Notes under the pieces: model-generated
Told to the model about the DNA's origin: nothing
Seen by the model: only the letters and a program-made list of their open reading frames with translations
Database searches by the model: none
Program-made: the position numbers and the translations under genes
Shown: piece after piece, positions 17,102-27,678 of the stretch
How positions within the stretch are numbered: position 1 is the stretch's first letter
Layout: each line of letters opens with the position of its first letter
Assembly (NCBI GenBank): GCA_963792965.1
Contig: CAWBYW010000007.1
Span: 288,001-352,000 of the forward strand
DNA length: 64,000 bases
Reading direction: 5' to 3'
From: an uncultured delta proteobacterium
GTDB taxonomy: Bacteria; Desulfobacterota; Zymogenia; Zymogenales; Zymogenaceae

Positions 17102-19063
17102 TTACTTTATTTGAAACGAGAGATCAGCCCCCTTGACGGCCGATTGCTTTGCCGTCAAGTGGATGATCTGGGTCTTTGCGGAGAGCTCTTTAAGAATGGA
17201 CAGGACCGTCGATATCCTTCGGTCGTCAAAAAGGAGGAAGGGGTCGTCAAAAATGATCGGCAAGAGCCGCTTCTTTATGATCGAGCCGATCAGCGCGAAC
17301 TTGAGCGAGAAATACATGCTGTCCTTTGCGGCGGGCGACATGCTCTCCAGCCCCACCCGCATCAGGTTATCCCCCCTGAGAAACTTGATAACGCCGTCCT
17401 TGGTGATGCTCGAGCGCGCATAGTTGTTGTTGGACAGGCTCGGAATATTCTTGTCAAAGTTCTTCTGGAGCTCCCCGAGCGGCTCCATCTGCCCTTTCTG
17501 AACCAGCTCCGTCGCGATGGCGATGAGGCGGGAGAAGTGATCGTCCGGGAACCGGGAAGGTTTCCTGCCCGTCCCGAAGCTTTTTGGCGCGGCGGCCTTC
17601 CCGTCCTCGAATCTCGTGACCGCTATGCCCTTTTTCAGCAGTATCCCCTCGATCCGCTTGATCTCGTCCTTCATTTCCTGCTGTGTGTAGCCGAGGGCGC
17701 CGAGGGACTCGAGTTTTGCATCGAGCTCACCGATCCTTTTCTGAATCCCGGCCTCTTCACTGAGGAGCCCCTCGTAGTTCTGCTCCTTCACGAGGGTGGC
17801 GTATCGCTGCTCGAGGTTTCTTTTCTTTGCCTCCAGCTGCTCCACGCTGACGAGCTTTGCCCTTAGCTCCTCGACGTTGGACGTACCGAGGGTCCGCATG
17901 ACCTCCTTGAAGTCCTTGGTCTCCGATTCGAATTTCGCCTGAATCTGTCTCATCTCGGCGTCGGCCTCGCTCACGGTGGACCTGAGGTGCTGGATATAGT
18001 TCTGGGCGTTGATGAACTGCCACACCCCCCACGCGGCAACCCCCAAACCGAAGAGGATACCGAACTTGATGATCTGAAAGACGACGTCAATAATTTTCGC
18101 ATAACTGGGCGCGAGACCCGCTATGCTGCCTTGGAAGAAGGTCACGATGATGCATGCGAGGGCCACACCGACACCCGGCAGGAGGTATTTGTTTTCTTTG
18201 AGGCTCGGAAGACTCGCGTTCATCAGCTCGGCCTCGGCCTGTCCGCGCCGGCTCTTGATCTCATTGACTTGCGCGTCCCTCCGTCGCTCCGACTCAGTAT
18301 ATCGATCCATCCGGCTTTTGATCCCGGTGATGTCGCCGAGTGCCTTGGATCGATCGAAGAATTCATTGGCCTCGGTGAGTCTGCCCTCGATCTCTCTTAC
18401 CTCTTTCATCTTTGACTGTATCTCGTACAGTCTGCCGTTCTGTTCGTCAAGGTCCGCCTGTACCGTCTCCAGCTCCTTGCCCCGCGTCATCTCCTGCTTA
18501 AGGACCTCGAGTCGATCTTTAAGAAAGGCGGGATCCTCCTCGCCGCCGGCGTCCGATACACCTGAGCCCGACGCCGATGACGATGAGGTGGAAGAAGGTT
18601 TGGGGATCACACCGACGACGCCGAAGGGATTGGTGGAAGGGAGGTTTGTGAAATCGGAATAAAAAACACCCGAGAATATCTCTTCGTCGAAGAGACCCAG
18701 CTTCTCGGTCAGAAATTCGCTGATCTCTTTCTCATCTTTTGACACCAGCGCAAAGACCTTCTTGTCCGGAACGTAGCGGGCGAGGTTTGACAGCTTCTGT
18801 GAGAAATCACGCGTCAGGCGGTAGACGTCGTTTCCTTCTTTCAGCGTGACGTATGCGCGTGATGTCCCCGTGAGCTGCCAGTTGATGAAATCCGGGGCCT
18901 GGCTGTAAGCCGCCGGGAAAAAGACAGCCATGAGAGCCCGGGCAAGGGTGCTTTTCCCGGTCTCGTTGAGCCCCAGAATTACGGTGTATCCCTTGTGAAA
19001 GGAGAACTTGGTGGGTTGAGCAAACTTTCCCACACCCGCGATCACCAGGTCCAGCAGAATCAT
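17102..19063 (-). CDS. SMC/YhaN-like coiled-coil ATPase with two central TM helices
   Basis: Walker A GLNETGKST, long coiled coils, two hydrophobic segments, C-terminal LPIIFDDPF...FDD.R. Confidence 0.8.
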   Translation of the reverse strand: MILLDLVIAGVGKFAQPTKFSFHKGYTVILGLNETGKSTLARALMAVFFPAAYSQAPDFINWQLTGTSRAYVTLKEGNDVYRLTRDFSQKLSNLARYVPDKKVFALVSKDEKEISEFLTEKLGLFDEEIFSGVFYSDFTNLPSTNPFGVVGVIPKPSSTSSSSASGSGVSDAGGEEDPAFLKDRLEVLKQEMTRGKELETVQADLDEQNGRLYEIQSKMKEVREIEGRLTEANEFFDRSKALGDITGIKSRMDRYTESERRRDAQVNEIKSRRGQAEAELMNASLPSLKENKYLLPGVGVALACIIVTFFQGSIAGLAPSYAKIIDVVFQIIKFGILFGLGVAAWGVWQFINAQNYIQHLRSTVSEADAEMRQIQAKFESETKDFKEVMRTLGTSNVEELRAKLVSVEQLEAKKRNLEQRYATLVKEQNYEGLLSEEAGIQKRIGELDAKLESLGALGYTQQEMKDEIKRIEGILLKKGIAVTRFEDGKAAAPKSFGTGRKPSRFPDDHFSRLIAIATELVQKGQMEPLGELQKNFDKNIPSLSNNNYARSSITKDGVIKFLRGDNLMRVGLESMSPAAKDSMYFSLKFALIGSIIKKRLLPIIFDDPFLLFDDRRISTVLSILKELSAKTQIIHLTAKQSAVKGADLSFQIK

Positions 19064-19099
19064 GGGGACGACCTTTTTTCTCAGTAGGTGGATGAAGAA

Positions 19100-19447
19100 T
19101 TAGAAGTTCTTCAGCTCTTTGATCCTGGCGGCTTTGCCTTTCCTCTTCCTGAGATAATAGAGACGAGCCCTGCGAACGCTCCCTCTCTGTACCACGTCGA
19201 TCTTCTCGATGATCGGAGAATGAAGGGGGAATATGCGCTCCACCCCGACACCGTATGATATCTTCCTGACGGTAAACGCCGAACGGGTGTAGCCTTTCTT
19301 CTTCTTTATAACCGTCCCCTCAAAGACCTGAATTCGCTCTTTTTCACCCTCTTTGATCTTGACGTGAACCTTCACGGTATCCCCAACACCGAAGCGTGGG
19401 ATGTCCATCCGCATCTGTTCTTTTTCGACCATCTCCAACTGATTCAT
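19100..19447 (-). CDS. rplS: 50S ribosomal protein L19
   Basis: [38 protein letters not shown]. Confidence 0.98.
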   Translation of the reverse strand: MNQLEMVEKEQMRMDIPRFGVGDTVKVHVKIKEGEKERIQVFEGTVIKKKKGYTRSAFTVRKISYGVGVERIFPLHSPIIEKIDVVQRGSVRRARLYYLRKRKGKAARIKELKNF

Positions 19448-20025
19448 GAAACACTCCTGTCCGTATCTTTTTCACCCCTGAGTCTATCCAGCACTATAGC
19501 TGCGGCCGAACGAACCGAAAGGTGCTGATAGGGTCCTGTCCCTTTTATCGGTTCGACCATGTACGCACACGTTTCCTTGAGCTCCTGGGCCATCCCCCAG
19601 CCCGTGCCGAAGAGCAGTAAGACGGGCGAGGGATCTTCTTCTAACATCCTCCTGAGCCTGCCGTAGCTCAGGGTCTCTTGGCCGGCCCTGGCAGACGTAC
19701 CGACGATCGCGGGCTGCCTGCCGGTAACCCCCACGATCACCTCTACGGCACCCGTCAGGCTCTCCACCACAGAGACAACGGCCAGCGCCTCGGCCCGGTC
19801 GGGGTTGTATGACATGCCGTATCCGACCATCCAGTGGTCGATGATCCGCTGCGCCAGTCTCCTCTGGGACCGCATCGGGTTAATGATGAAATAACGCGAG
19901 ACCCCGAAGGTCTTTGCGGTCCTGGCGATATCATGAATATCTAAATTCGCCACCGACGTGGCGACCACCTCGCCCCGCTTATTCAATGCCGGATAATGTA
20001 CCAACCCGAGGAATAGTTCGCCCAC
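19444..20025 (-). CDS. SPOUT-class RNA methyltransferase (TrmD-associated)
   Basis: [36 protein letters not shown]. Confidence 0.85.
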   Translation of the reverse strand: MGELFLGLVHYPALNKRGEVVATSVANLDIHDIARTAKTFGVSRYFIINPMRSQRRLAQRIIDHWMVGYGMSYNPDRAEALAVVSVVESLTGAVEVIVGVTGRQPAIVGTSARAGQETLSYGRLRRMLEEDPSPVLLLFGTGWGMAQELKETCAYMVEPIKGTGPYQHLSVRSAAAIVLDRLRGEKDTDRSVS

Positions 20026-20186
20026 CGTTCATCCTTCATTGTCTCTCAACCGTCTCTTTCTTCGGCCTCCTTCCGTCTCGAGGCTGTATATCCTGATAAC
20101 CCGGACTATTTCCGCCGCAGTCCTTTTTCCACTGCCGCCAACCCTACGTCTCGACATGATAGGGCTCACCAGCGACGAGGATATCT

Positions 20187-20936
20187 CTACCGCCTTCTCT
20201 TCCCCCCCTCTTTTCTTACCCCCCCGACGGCCTCTTTTTCCCGATCTGACAATACCTCGAGGTCCAACAGGTCGGGCCTCCGCTTGAGCGTCCTGTCGAT
20301 TGACTGGGCGCGTCTCCATTCTTCGATTTTCTTATGATCGCCGGAGACGAGCACCCGGGGGACCGACATGCCGAGGTAATCCTGTGGACGAGTGTACTGC
20401 GGATACTTGAGGAATCTCCCGAAAAACGTATCCCCCGACACCGATTCTTCGTTGCCTACCACCCCTGGGATCTGGCGGGAAACGGCCTCGATGATCACAA
20501 GCGCCGCCGCTTCTCCGCCCGACAGAACGTAGTCTCCGATCGAGATTTCTTCGTCCACGAGACGAAGGGAGACCCGTTCGTCGACTCCCTCGTATCTGCC
20601 GCAGATAAAGGCCACATGCGGGAGTGAGGCCATCCTCTTGGCCGTCTCCTGAGTAAACCGCTCTCCCTGCGGGGATAACAGGATAATTCTCGGCCTCAGA
20701 CCTCCGTTGCGAATGTCGCGCACCGCACGAAATATCGGTTCGGGCTTCATTACCATTCCGGCCCCTCCCCCGAACGGGGAATCATCCACCTGACTGTGTC
20801 GATTGGCCGAGAACCGTCTGATATCCACCAGACGGACGGTGAGAAGCCCCCCGTCCAATGCTTTCTTTATAATGCCGACCGAAAACGGCGATTGAAAGAA
20901 CTCAGGGAAAATAGTTACTATATCAATGCGTATCAT
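20187..20936 (-). CDS. trmD: tRNA (guanine37-N1)-methyltransferase
   Basis: DDSPFGGGAGMV, CGRYEGVDER, SIGDYVLSGGE, PQYTRP. Confidence 0.97.
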   Translation of the reverse strand: MIRIDIVTIFPEFFQSPFSVGIIKKALDGGLLTVRLVDIRRFSANRHSQVDDSPFGGGAGMVMKPEPIFRAVRDIRNGGLRPRIILLSPQGERFTQETAKRMASLPHVAFICGRYEGVDERVSLRLVDEEISIGDYVLSGGEAAALVIIEAVSRQIPGVVGNEESVSGDTFFGRFLKYPQYTRPQDYLGMSVPRVLVSGDHKKIEEWRRAQSIDRTLKRRPDLLDLEVLSDREKEAVGGVRKEGGKRRR

Positions 20937-21447
20937 CAGATACCGGCCCCGAAAAGGGCTCGATAATCATCTTGTTGTCCGGGACGTTGACCTCCCGTAT
21001 TGCATCGAAGGTCCCTGGGATCAAGATCTCATCGCCCTTTTCCCCTTTTACGACATAGACGTCATTGGAGCCCGTGGGAAGAATGGATGTTATCACTCCA
21101 TAATAGTTCCCCGATGCATCGTATACTTCCATACCCAAAAGGTCATGCCAATAGAATTCTCCATCCTGCGCCTCAGGGAGGTCGACTCGATCCACAACGA
21201 CCCGGCACCCCACCAACTCCTCGGCCTCTTCTCTCGTATGTAACCCCGTGATCTTCAGGGTTATCAGTTTGCCCATTGCGCTGGCATTTTCCACCGTGAC
21301 GGAGAACCGCCTGTCATCAGTGGACACCAGCGTGAGCCTCTTGGAATCGGTGAAGCTCTCCGGCGAATCGGCGTAGCTCTTAACCTTAACCGCCCCATTG
21401 AGCCCATGGGGCTTAATGATCATGCCCAGGACGATATCGCCTTTCAT
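20923..21447 (-). CDS. rimM: Ribosome maturation factor RimM
   Basis: KPHGLNG.VKV, EFYWHDLLG, GSNDVYVV; operon position. Confidence 0.95.
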   Translation of the reverse strand: MKGDIVLGMIIKPHGLNGAVKVKSYADSPESFTDSKRLTLVSTDDRRFSVTVENASAMGKLITLKITGLHTREEAEELVGCRVVVDRVDLPEAQDGEFYWHDLLGMEVYDASGNYYGVITSILPTGSNDVYVVKGEKGDEILIPGTFDAIREVNVPDNKMIIEPFSGPVSDDTH

Positions 21448-21448
21448 C

Positions 21449-21688
21449 CTACTCGATGATTTCCAGCACCGCCCGTTTATTGATCTTTGTAGACGCGGCT
21501 GAGAGAATGGTCCTCATGGCCCGCGCTGTTCGGCCCTGTTTACCGATTACCTTCCCGAGGTCTTCCTTGGCGACTTTCAGCTCGATCACAGAGGTTTGTT
21601 CGCCTTCTACTTCGGTTACTTCCACCTTATCGGGGTTGTCAACGAGGGCCTGCGCAATGTATTTTATGAGCTCTTTCATAGCCATCAT
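21449..21688 (-). CDS. khpA: KH domain RNA-binding protein
   Basis: [17 protein letters not shown]; lies between rpsP and rimM. Confidence 0.93.
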   Translation of the reverse strand: MMAMKELIKYIAQALVDNPDKVEVTEVEGEQTSVIELKVAKEDLGKVIGKQGRTARAMRTILSAASTKINKRAVLEIIE

Positions 21689-21736
21689 AGCATTACCTCC
21701 AGTGTCAGCCTCACTTCAATTGAAAACTCACGACGA

Positions 21737-22000
21737 TTACTCGGGTTTCTTTCCATTGGCCGAGATCCCCTTAGTCTTGAGGAGGTTCTTGACGGTGCCG
21801 GTAACCTGGGCGCCCTTACTGAGCCACTCCCGGATCTTATCCTCCTTGACCGTAACCGTGGCCGGTTCGGTCAGGGGATTATAGGTCCCCACGATCTCCA
21901 AGAAACGGCCTTCCCTCGGTGCTTCACTGTTTGCCACGACGATTCTGTAAAACGGCTTCTTTTTCGCGCCGGCTCGCTGCAATCTTATCTTGACAGGCAT
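21737..22000 (-). CDS. rpsP: 30S ribosomal protein S16
   Basis: [29 protein letters not shown]. Confidence 0.98.
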   Translation of the reverse strand: MPVKIRLQRAGAKKKPFYRIVVANSEAPREGRFLEIVGTYNPLTEPATVTVKEDKIREWLSKGAQVTGTVKNLLKTKGISANGKKPE

Positions 22001-22018
22001 GCTTCTTCTCTCACCCCC

Positions 22019-23356
22019 TTACATGGGGAAGGGGAGGCTTCCCCTTCCGAATTTCTTTAATCCGCCTTGTGATATCTTCTTCAACATCTTGCGCGCGGCG
22101 GCATACTTTTTCAGGAGCTTGTTGACGTCTTCAACCCTCGTACCGCTCCCCGACGCGATCCTTTTTCTCCTGCTGCCGTTGATGATCGCGTGGTTTGCCC
22201 GCTCTTTCCTGGTCATGGAGTTGATAATCGCCTCAACCTTTCGCAGCTCTGTCTCCGCCTCGCGTAAATCGACCTGCTTGGACAATCCCTTCGCCCCCGG
22301 AATCATCCCGAGGACACTGTCGAGGGATCCAAGCTTCTTGAAGCTCTTTATCTGGTCTAGGAAATCATCAAGGGTAAAGTCACCCTTTCTGACCTTCTTC
22401 TCTATCTCCCGCGCTTTCTTCTCGTCGACCGCGCCCTGGGCCTTTTCCACCAGTCCGACGATATCCCCCATGCCAAGGATCCTGCCGGCCATCCGTGTCG
22501 GCTCGAAGGGGACCAGATCCTCGAGCTTTTCTCCCACACCCGCAAATTTTATCGGGGCTCCGGAGACGGCTTTGATGGAGAGTGCGGCCCCTCCCCGCGT
22601 ATCGCCGTCGAGCTTGCTCAGGATTACCCCGGTGAGCCCGAGGGTTTCGTGAAACCTCTGGGCGACGTTGATCGCGTCCTGCCCCGACATCGAGTCGGCC
22701 ACCAACAACACCTCGCGCGGGGCAATGGCCTTCTTGAGACGGGAAAGCTCTTCCATCAAATCTTCTTCGACGGTAAGCCGACCCGCCGTATCGAGGATAA
22801 CAACACCGATCCCCTTCTTTGCGGCCAGGCTGAGGGCGTCCGCACAGATCCTCAGTGGGTCGTTTTCGCTGCTGTTTGAAAATACCTCGACGCCGAGCCT
22901 CTCCCCGATTGACAGCAGTTGCTCCCGCGCCGCTGGCCGCCGCGTGTCTGCCGCCACGAGGAGCGACTTCTTGTTCTTCTTAGTCAGGAACAGACCGAGC
23001 TTACCCGCCGTTGTCGTCTTTCCCGAGCCGACAAGTCCCACCAGCATGATCGTGATGGGGGTCGGTCCGGAAAGGGAGAGTCCTTCCCCCTCGGCCCCGA
23101 GAAGCTCCACGAGCTCGTCGTGGACGATCTTAATAAACTGCTGACCGGGGGTTACCCGCGCGGTTACCTCAGTCCCGACGGCCTTTTCCTTGACCGAGGC
23201 CACGAAGGATTTAACAACCTTGAAGTTGACGTCGGCCTCAAGCAACGCCATACGGATATCTCTCAGGGCGTCGGAGATATTGGCCTCCGACAATCGGGCG
23301 CGCCCTCGCACATTTGCGAAGATGGCGTTGAATTTATCGGCGATGCCGTCAAACAA
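22019..23356 (-). CDS. ffh: Signal recognition particle protein
   Basis: ALLEADV, GSGKTTT, DTAGR, KLDGDTRGG, RILGMGD, SRRKRIA.GSG. Confidence 0.98.
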   Translation of the reverse strand: MFDGIADKFNAIFANVRGRARLSEANISDALRDIRMALLEADVNFKVVKSFVASVKEKAVGTEVTARVTPGQQFIKIVHDELVELLGAEGEGLSLSGPTPITIMLVGLVGSGKTTTAGKLGLFLTKKNKKSLLVAADTRRPAAREQLLSIGERLGVEVFSNSSENDPLRICADALSLAAKKGIGVVILDTAGRLTVEEDLMEELSRLKKAIAPREVLLVADSMSGQDAINVAQRFHETLGLTGVILSKLDGDTRGGAALSIKAVSGAPIKFAGVGEKLEDLVPFEPTRMAGRILGMGDIVGLVEKAQGAVDEKKAREIEKKVRKGDFTLDDFLDQIKSFKKLGSLDSVLGMIPGAKGLSKQVDLREAETELRKVEAIINSMTRKERANHAIINGSRRKRIASGSGTRVEDVNKLLKKYAAARKMLKKISQGGLKKFGRGSLPFPM

Positions 23357-23449
23357 TAAAGCACCTCAAGTCATATAACCCCTTTTTATTACATATAACA
23401 AATTTATGCTTTTGTCAAGAACATGTTTTTTTGTTCATGCATATCGTCG

Positions 23450-24130
23450 CTACGCCCCGGCACGGTCCTGTTTCACGCCGGCGGAGCCGGATTTTCCTTC
23501 CATTCCGAAAATATAGGACGCGATGAGGAGAAAGTAAAAGAGCGGCACCACGACGAAGAGATGGCCGAATTTTACTGAGATGACCAGAAGCATGAACGCA
23601 ATAAACAAGAGGGCAATCATCCAAACAAAGAAGGACCTGACGGCATAGGTCGTGGCCGTGTCCCGTATCGTGATGAGGACATCCTCAAACCTGAGTGCCT
23701 CACGGAAGCCGCCTCCTGATCTTATCATAAAGATCAGTGCCATCGGCACGACAAAGACCGACGAGAGGAAAAAAATTGAGCTCAAAACAAGAAAGAGAAA
23801 TCCGATGTTGACCGCGATGACGTGAGGTATGACGAGGATAAAGAAGAGACCGATGGCCAGCGGCACCATAAACGCGAGGCCGTAGACGATCATTACCACC
23901 GCCGCCTTGATCCCCTCGACGAAGAGGCCGATGAGGTCCTCCCAACGTGGGACTTCGTCATCGCCGGCCGAGACCCCCTGCATGCTCTTGATAACGTACC
24001 CGAGCGCGACAAGACTTCCGAACAGCGGAATAAGGCTTACCACGCACCCAAGCAGAAAGCGCTTCGGAAATCGTTCCCCCTTAAAGGGGTACTTAAATGC
24101 CTCGATTATCTCGGTCTTCATCTCTCTCAA
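23450..24130 (-). CDS. DUF4013-like membrane protein
   Basis: AFKYPF, LGY, P.W.D...LFVEG.K; several TM helices. Confidence 0.75.
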   Translation of the reverse strand: MREMKTEIIEAFKYPFKGERFPKRFLLGCVVSLIPLFGSLVALGYVIKSMQGVSAGDDEVPRWEDLIGLFVEGIKAAVVMIVYGLAFMVPLAIGLFFILVIPHVIAVNIGFLFLVLSSIFFLSSVFVVPMALIFMIRSGGGFREALRFEDVLITIRDTATTYAVRSFFVWMIALLFIAFMLLVISVKFGHLFVVVPLFYFLLIASYIFGMEGKSGSAGVKQDRAGA

Positions 24131-24375
24131 TAGTAAAGAGGCCGGCCCTCGCCATGTGTAATGCCGACCTCTCTCGTGTAGGTGTACCTTTGATTTACGC
24201 CGGTTGTTGGCCTCCGCGCGCCGGATGACGGGCCGTTGCTTTCGGACGGCTTATCCGCCTTCTTCCACATCGTGCACCCGTCTACCCCGTCCCCTTTTGA
24301 TCGTTGCTCAACGCATTCTTATAAAAATACCGATCCCTCGTCTAATTGTCAAGGTAAAAAACTCTTCTTATCGTC

Positions 24376-24825
24376 CTACAACGAATAGAGCTTCTTCTCC
24401 GAAATCAGGTGCACCCAGTTTTTGGTAAGTATCTGGATCGTTTCGTCGATCTTGTCCACGCCGACGATAAGAATCGCGTTATCCTTGATCCTGCCGATGT
24501 ACGGGTACAGGTAATGGACGTTGATCTCGGCATCCCTCAGCGGTCTGAGTACCGCGTTAAGTCCACCGGGGTGGTCCGGGGTTTCGACCGCCAGGACATC
24601 CCGTTGCCTGATGTTATAGCCCTTGCTTTCAAGAACAAGCACCGCTTTGGCGGGATCATCGGCGATCATCCTGACGGTCGTCAGATCGGACGTGTCGGCC
24701 ACCGTTATCGCCCGGATATTTATCCCCTCGGCGCCGAGAACATCCGACAGACCCGAGAGCTTGCCCGGGATATTCTCCAGGACCACCGAAAGCTGCTTAA
24801 TCCTCATATTCTTCGTCATCGTCAT
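24376..24825 (-). CDS. Tandem ACT domain protein
   Basis: IKQLSVVLEN.PG.L, GINIRA, PDHPGGL, INV.YLY. Confidence 0.88.
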   Translation of the reverse strand: MTMTKNMRIKQLSVVLENIPGKLSGLSDVLGAEGINIRAITVADTSDLTTVRMIADDPAKAVLVLESKGYNIRQRDVLAVETPDHPGGLNAVLRPLRDAEINVHYLYPYIGRIKDNAILIVGVDKIDETIQILTKNWVHLISEKKLYSL

Positions 24826-24832
24826 CTTCCCG

Positions 24833-25363
24833 CTACAGGATATCGTATCCGATTTTAAGGGCCTTCGCGTTCATCTCTATGACTTTTTTCTTCCCTTCGA
24901 AGATCTCCTCGAGGCCCGCGATCACGTTTTTGATGTCGACGAGGTTGGTGACCCTCACGAAGGCTCCGAGCATCACCATGTTGGCCGTTCGCAAATCGCC
25001 GGTCTCTTCCGCAAGCCTTCCGGCATCGACCTTGACAACCTCGATGTCTTTTCTCACCGGTGGCTCGTCGATCATCGTCGAGTTCACAAAAAGGATCCCG
25101 CCGGACTGAAGTCTGTTTTGAAACGCCGAAAGCGACGGCTTGTTCATCACCACCGCGTATTCGGGAGAAGACGCGATGGGGGAGGCAATTTCCTCGTCGG
25201 ATATCGCCACCGTGCAGTTGGCCGTCCCGCCCCGCACCTCGGCTCCGTACGACGGAAGGTAGGTAACTTCTTTATCCTCCATCATGGAGGCGACCGCAAA
25301 CGCATACCCCATCATCAGGACGCCCTGGCCGCCGAATCCCGAGAAGACCGTTTTAATCAGCAC
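24833..25363 (-). CDS. 2-oxoacid:ferredoxin oxidoreductase gamma subunit
   Basis: SGFGGQG, PSYGAEVRGGTANC, NMVMLGA. Confidence 0.93.
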   Translation of the reverse strand: MLIKTVFSGFGGQGVLMMGYAFAVASMMEDKEVTYLPSYGAEVRGGTANCTVAISDEEIASPIASSPEYAVVMNKPSLSAFQNRLQSGGILFVNSTMIDEPPVRKDIEVVKVDAGRLAEETGDLRTANMVMLGAFVRVTNLVDIKNVIAGLEEIFEGKKKVIEMNAKALKIGYDIL

Positions 25364-26126
25364 AGGCGACCTCCCTTCTCTGGACCTCTTTTGTCATGTC
25401 CTTGATGACACCGATCGGATATTGTTTGCTCATCACTTCATCGATCCACTTACACGCGTCCAGCGCACTCATCTTCCAGTTGGTGGGACAGGGGGAAAGG
25501 ACCTCCACGAGGGAATAGCCGAGATTATCGAGCTGGACCTTGAAGGCCTTCTTGATCGCCTTCTTAGTCGCCCGGATTCCCGCCACCGAGCTCACCGTCG
25601 TTCGCTCGATGTAAACCGTCCCGGGGATGAGCGCGAGCATCTCGCTAATCTTCAGGGGTGTCCCCTCGCGCACGGCGTCCCTGCCGAACGGCGAGGTGGT
25701 GGTCTTTTGACCGAGGATCGTGGTGGGGGCCATCTGGCCTCCGGTCATCCCGTAGACGGCGTTGTTCATAAAGATGGTGGTGATCCGCTCGCCGCGGTTT
25801 GCGGCATGGATCGTCTCGGCGGTGCCGATGGCGGCGAGGTCGCCGTCCCCCTGATACGCGAAGACCAGACGATCGGGAAGCACCCGCTTGATCCCGGTCG
25901 CCACCGCACCGGCCCTGCCGTGGGCGGATTCCGTCGTATCCACGTCGAGGTAGTTATAGGTCAGTACCGCGCATCCCGCCGGCGGGACACAGATTGTAGA
26001 CTCGCGTATGTCCATTTCTTCGATGATCTCTGCGATCAGTTTGGTCACGATGCTGTGGCCGCAGCCCGGGCAGTAGTGCATGGGCACGGGCTTCAGGTAC
26101 TTCGGGCGAGCGTAAACCTTTTTCAT
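25353..26126 (-). CDS. 2-oxoacid:ferredoxin oxidoreductase beta subunit (TPP-binding)
   Basis: YCPGCGH, HGRA, YQGDGD, NN.VYGMTGGQ, SPCPTNW. Confidence 0.93.
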   Translation of the reverse strand: MKKVYARPKYLKPVPMHYCPGCGHSIVTKLIAEIIEEMDIRESTICVPPAGCAVLTYNYLDVDTTESAHGRAGAVATGIKRVLPDRLVFAYQGDGDLAAIGTAETIHAANRGERITTIFMNNAVYGMTGGQMAPTTILGQKTTTSPFGRDAVREGTPLKISEMLALIPGTVYIERTTVSSVAGIRATKKAIKKAFKVQLDNLGYSLVEVLSPCPTNWKMSALDACKWIDEVMSKQYPIGVIKDMTKEVQRREVACAD

Positions 26127-27202
26127 TTGACCAATCCCTTCTGATAGTACTGCCGGGTGATGAGCCGCTGCACCTCTATAGGCGTCGGCACGACGCCGCC
26201 CGGACGGCCGTAGAAATAGATCTCGGATTCACCGTTCAGGGAAAGCCTCACGTCCTCAACCATCTGCCCCGCGCTCATCTCGAATACAAAGAAGAGAGAG
26301 ACGGCCCCGGCCCGCCTGCTAATCGCCTCGGCGGGAAACGGCCAGAGGGTGATCGGACGGATCAGCCCCACACGCATTCCCTCGCTTCGGACCCTTTTCA
26401 CCGCCCCCTTGGCGATGCGCGCCGCCGTACCGTAGGCGACGACCGCCACTTTGGCGTCTTCCATCATGAACTCTTCAAACTTGACCTCGTTTTTTTCGAT
26501 ATTCTGGTATTTGCGAGAGAGCTTCCAGTTATGTTCCTCCATCTCGTGGGGATTGAGGATGAGGGACTTGACGATCCGGGAGGGCCTTCCCTTGGCCCCG
26601 TCGAGCACATAATCCTTCTTGGGAACCTCCCGAGGCTTGTAGTTATCATAGGTCACCGGCTCCATCATCTGGCCGAGCATTCCGTCGGCAAGGATGATAA
26701 CGGGGTTTCGGTATATGTCGGCCACGTCAAAGGCTTCCATCGTCAGATCGGCGATTTCCTGGCAGGAAGCCGGCCCGTATACGATCGATCGGTAGTCTCC
26801 ATGTCCTCCGCCCCTGGTCGCCTGGAAGTAGTCCGACTGGGCAGGCGAGATGTTACCAAGGCCCGGGCCTCCCCTGGCCATGTTGACAATCACGCAGGGA
26901 AGCTCACAACCGGCCAAAAACGAGATGCCCTCCTGCTTGAGGCTGATGCCGGGGCTCGACGATGAGGTCATCACCCGGGCCCCGGCCACCGCGGCACCGA
27001 GGGCCATATTGATCGCCGAAATCTCGCTTTCCGACTGGATAAAGGTGTGGCCCAGTTCGACGAGTCGCCGCGCCATATATTCGGGAAGCTGATTCTGGGG
27101 AGTAATCGGGTACCCGAAATAGCAGGTGCACCCCGCCCTGATGGCGGCTTCCCCAACGACGGCGTTTCCCCGCATCAGTTTCTTATTTTGATTTCTCGTC
27201 AC
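26123..27202 (-). CDS. 2-oxoacid:ferredoxin oxidoreductase alpha subunit (2-ketoisovalerate/VOR-like)
   Basis: GYPITPQ, ESEISA, SSSPGISLKQE, RGGPGLG.I.P.Q.DY. Start placed at GTG 27202. Confidence 0.92.
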   Translation of the reverse strand: MTRNQNKKLMRGNAVVGEAAIRAGCTCYFGYPITPQNQLPEYMARRLVELGHTFIQSESEISAINMALGAAVAGARVMTSSSSPGISLKQEGISFLAGCELPCVIVNMARGGPGLGNISPAQSDYFQATRGGGHGDYRSIVYGPASCQEIADLTMEAFDVADIYRNPVIILADGMLGQMMEPVTYDNYKPREVPKKDYVLDGAKGRPSRIVKSLILNPHEMEEHNWKLSRKYQNIEKNEVKFEEFMMEDAKVAVVAYGTAARIAKGAVKRVRSEGMRVGLIRPITLWPFPAEAISRRAGAVSLFFVFEMSAGQMVEDVRLSLNGESEIYFYGRPGGVVPTPIEVQRLITRQYYQKGLVK

Positions 27203-27410
27203 GGTATACCTCAACGGCCGCCTCGGGGCAAGATATCGCGCAGAGGGTACAGGCGGTGCATTCCCCTTCTCGCGAGGCGTCATACTCGGCGGGATAATAC
27301 CCCTTTCCGTTAAGTCTCTTCGCCTCGGTTATCAACTCATTGGGGCAGGCCCTGACGCAGTAGAGACACCCCTTGCACATCTCGCTGTCTATGACGATTT
27401 TCCCCTTCAT
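27183..27410 (-). CDS. 2[4Fe-4S] ferredoxin (oxidoreductase delta subunit)
   Basis: CKGCLYCVRACP and CTACTLCAISCPE. Confidence 0.93.
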   Translation of the reverse strand: MKGKIVIDSEMCKGCLYCVRACPNELITEAKRLNGKGYYPAEYDASREGECTACTLCAISCPEAAVEVYRDEKSK

Positions 27411-27678
27411 GGCAGAATCCACAAAAATATTAAAACTATATTATAGGTGATTTTGACTAATCATGTCAAGATTTTTTACCTTTAAGGTTTCATCTTTTTT
27501 GCCCCGCTCGACCGGTCCCCTTCCTCCGGGCCGTTAGCTCCCGACTCCTTGTCTTTCACGGCCATCCCGCCCAACCGTTTAATATATGTCGCCGAACCGG
27601 GCTTCGGCACTTGATTTTCCTTCTCGCATATACTATTATTTACTTAATCATGATTCCCTTACGGAAGGAGAGCGCGCC

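Noticed and set aside
20029-20319. 96-aa basic ORF overlapping the trmD 3' end, possibly a frameshifted linker fusing TrmD to the SPOUT gene
   Set aside because: TrmD is already full length, this ORF stops before the SPOUT start, and it is low complexity. G runs mean an indel cannot be excluded.
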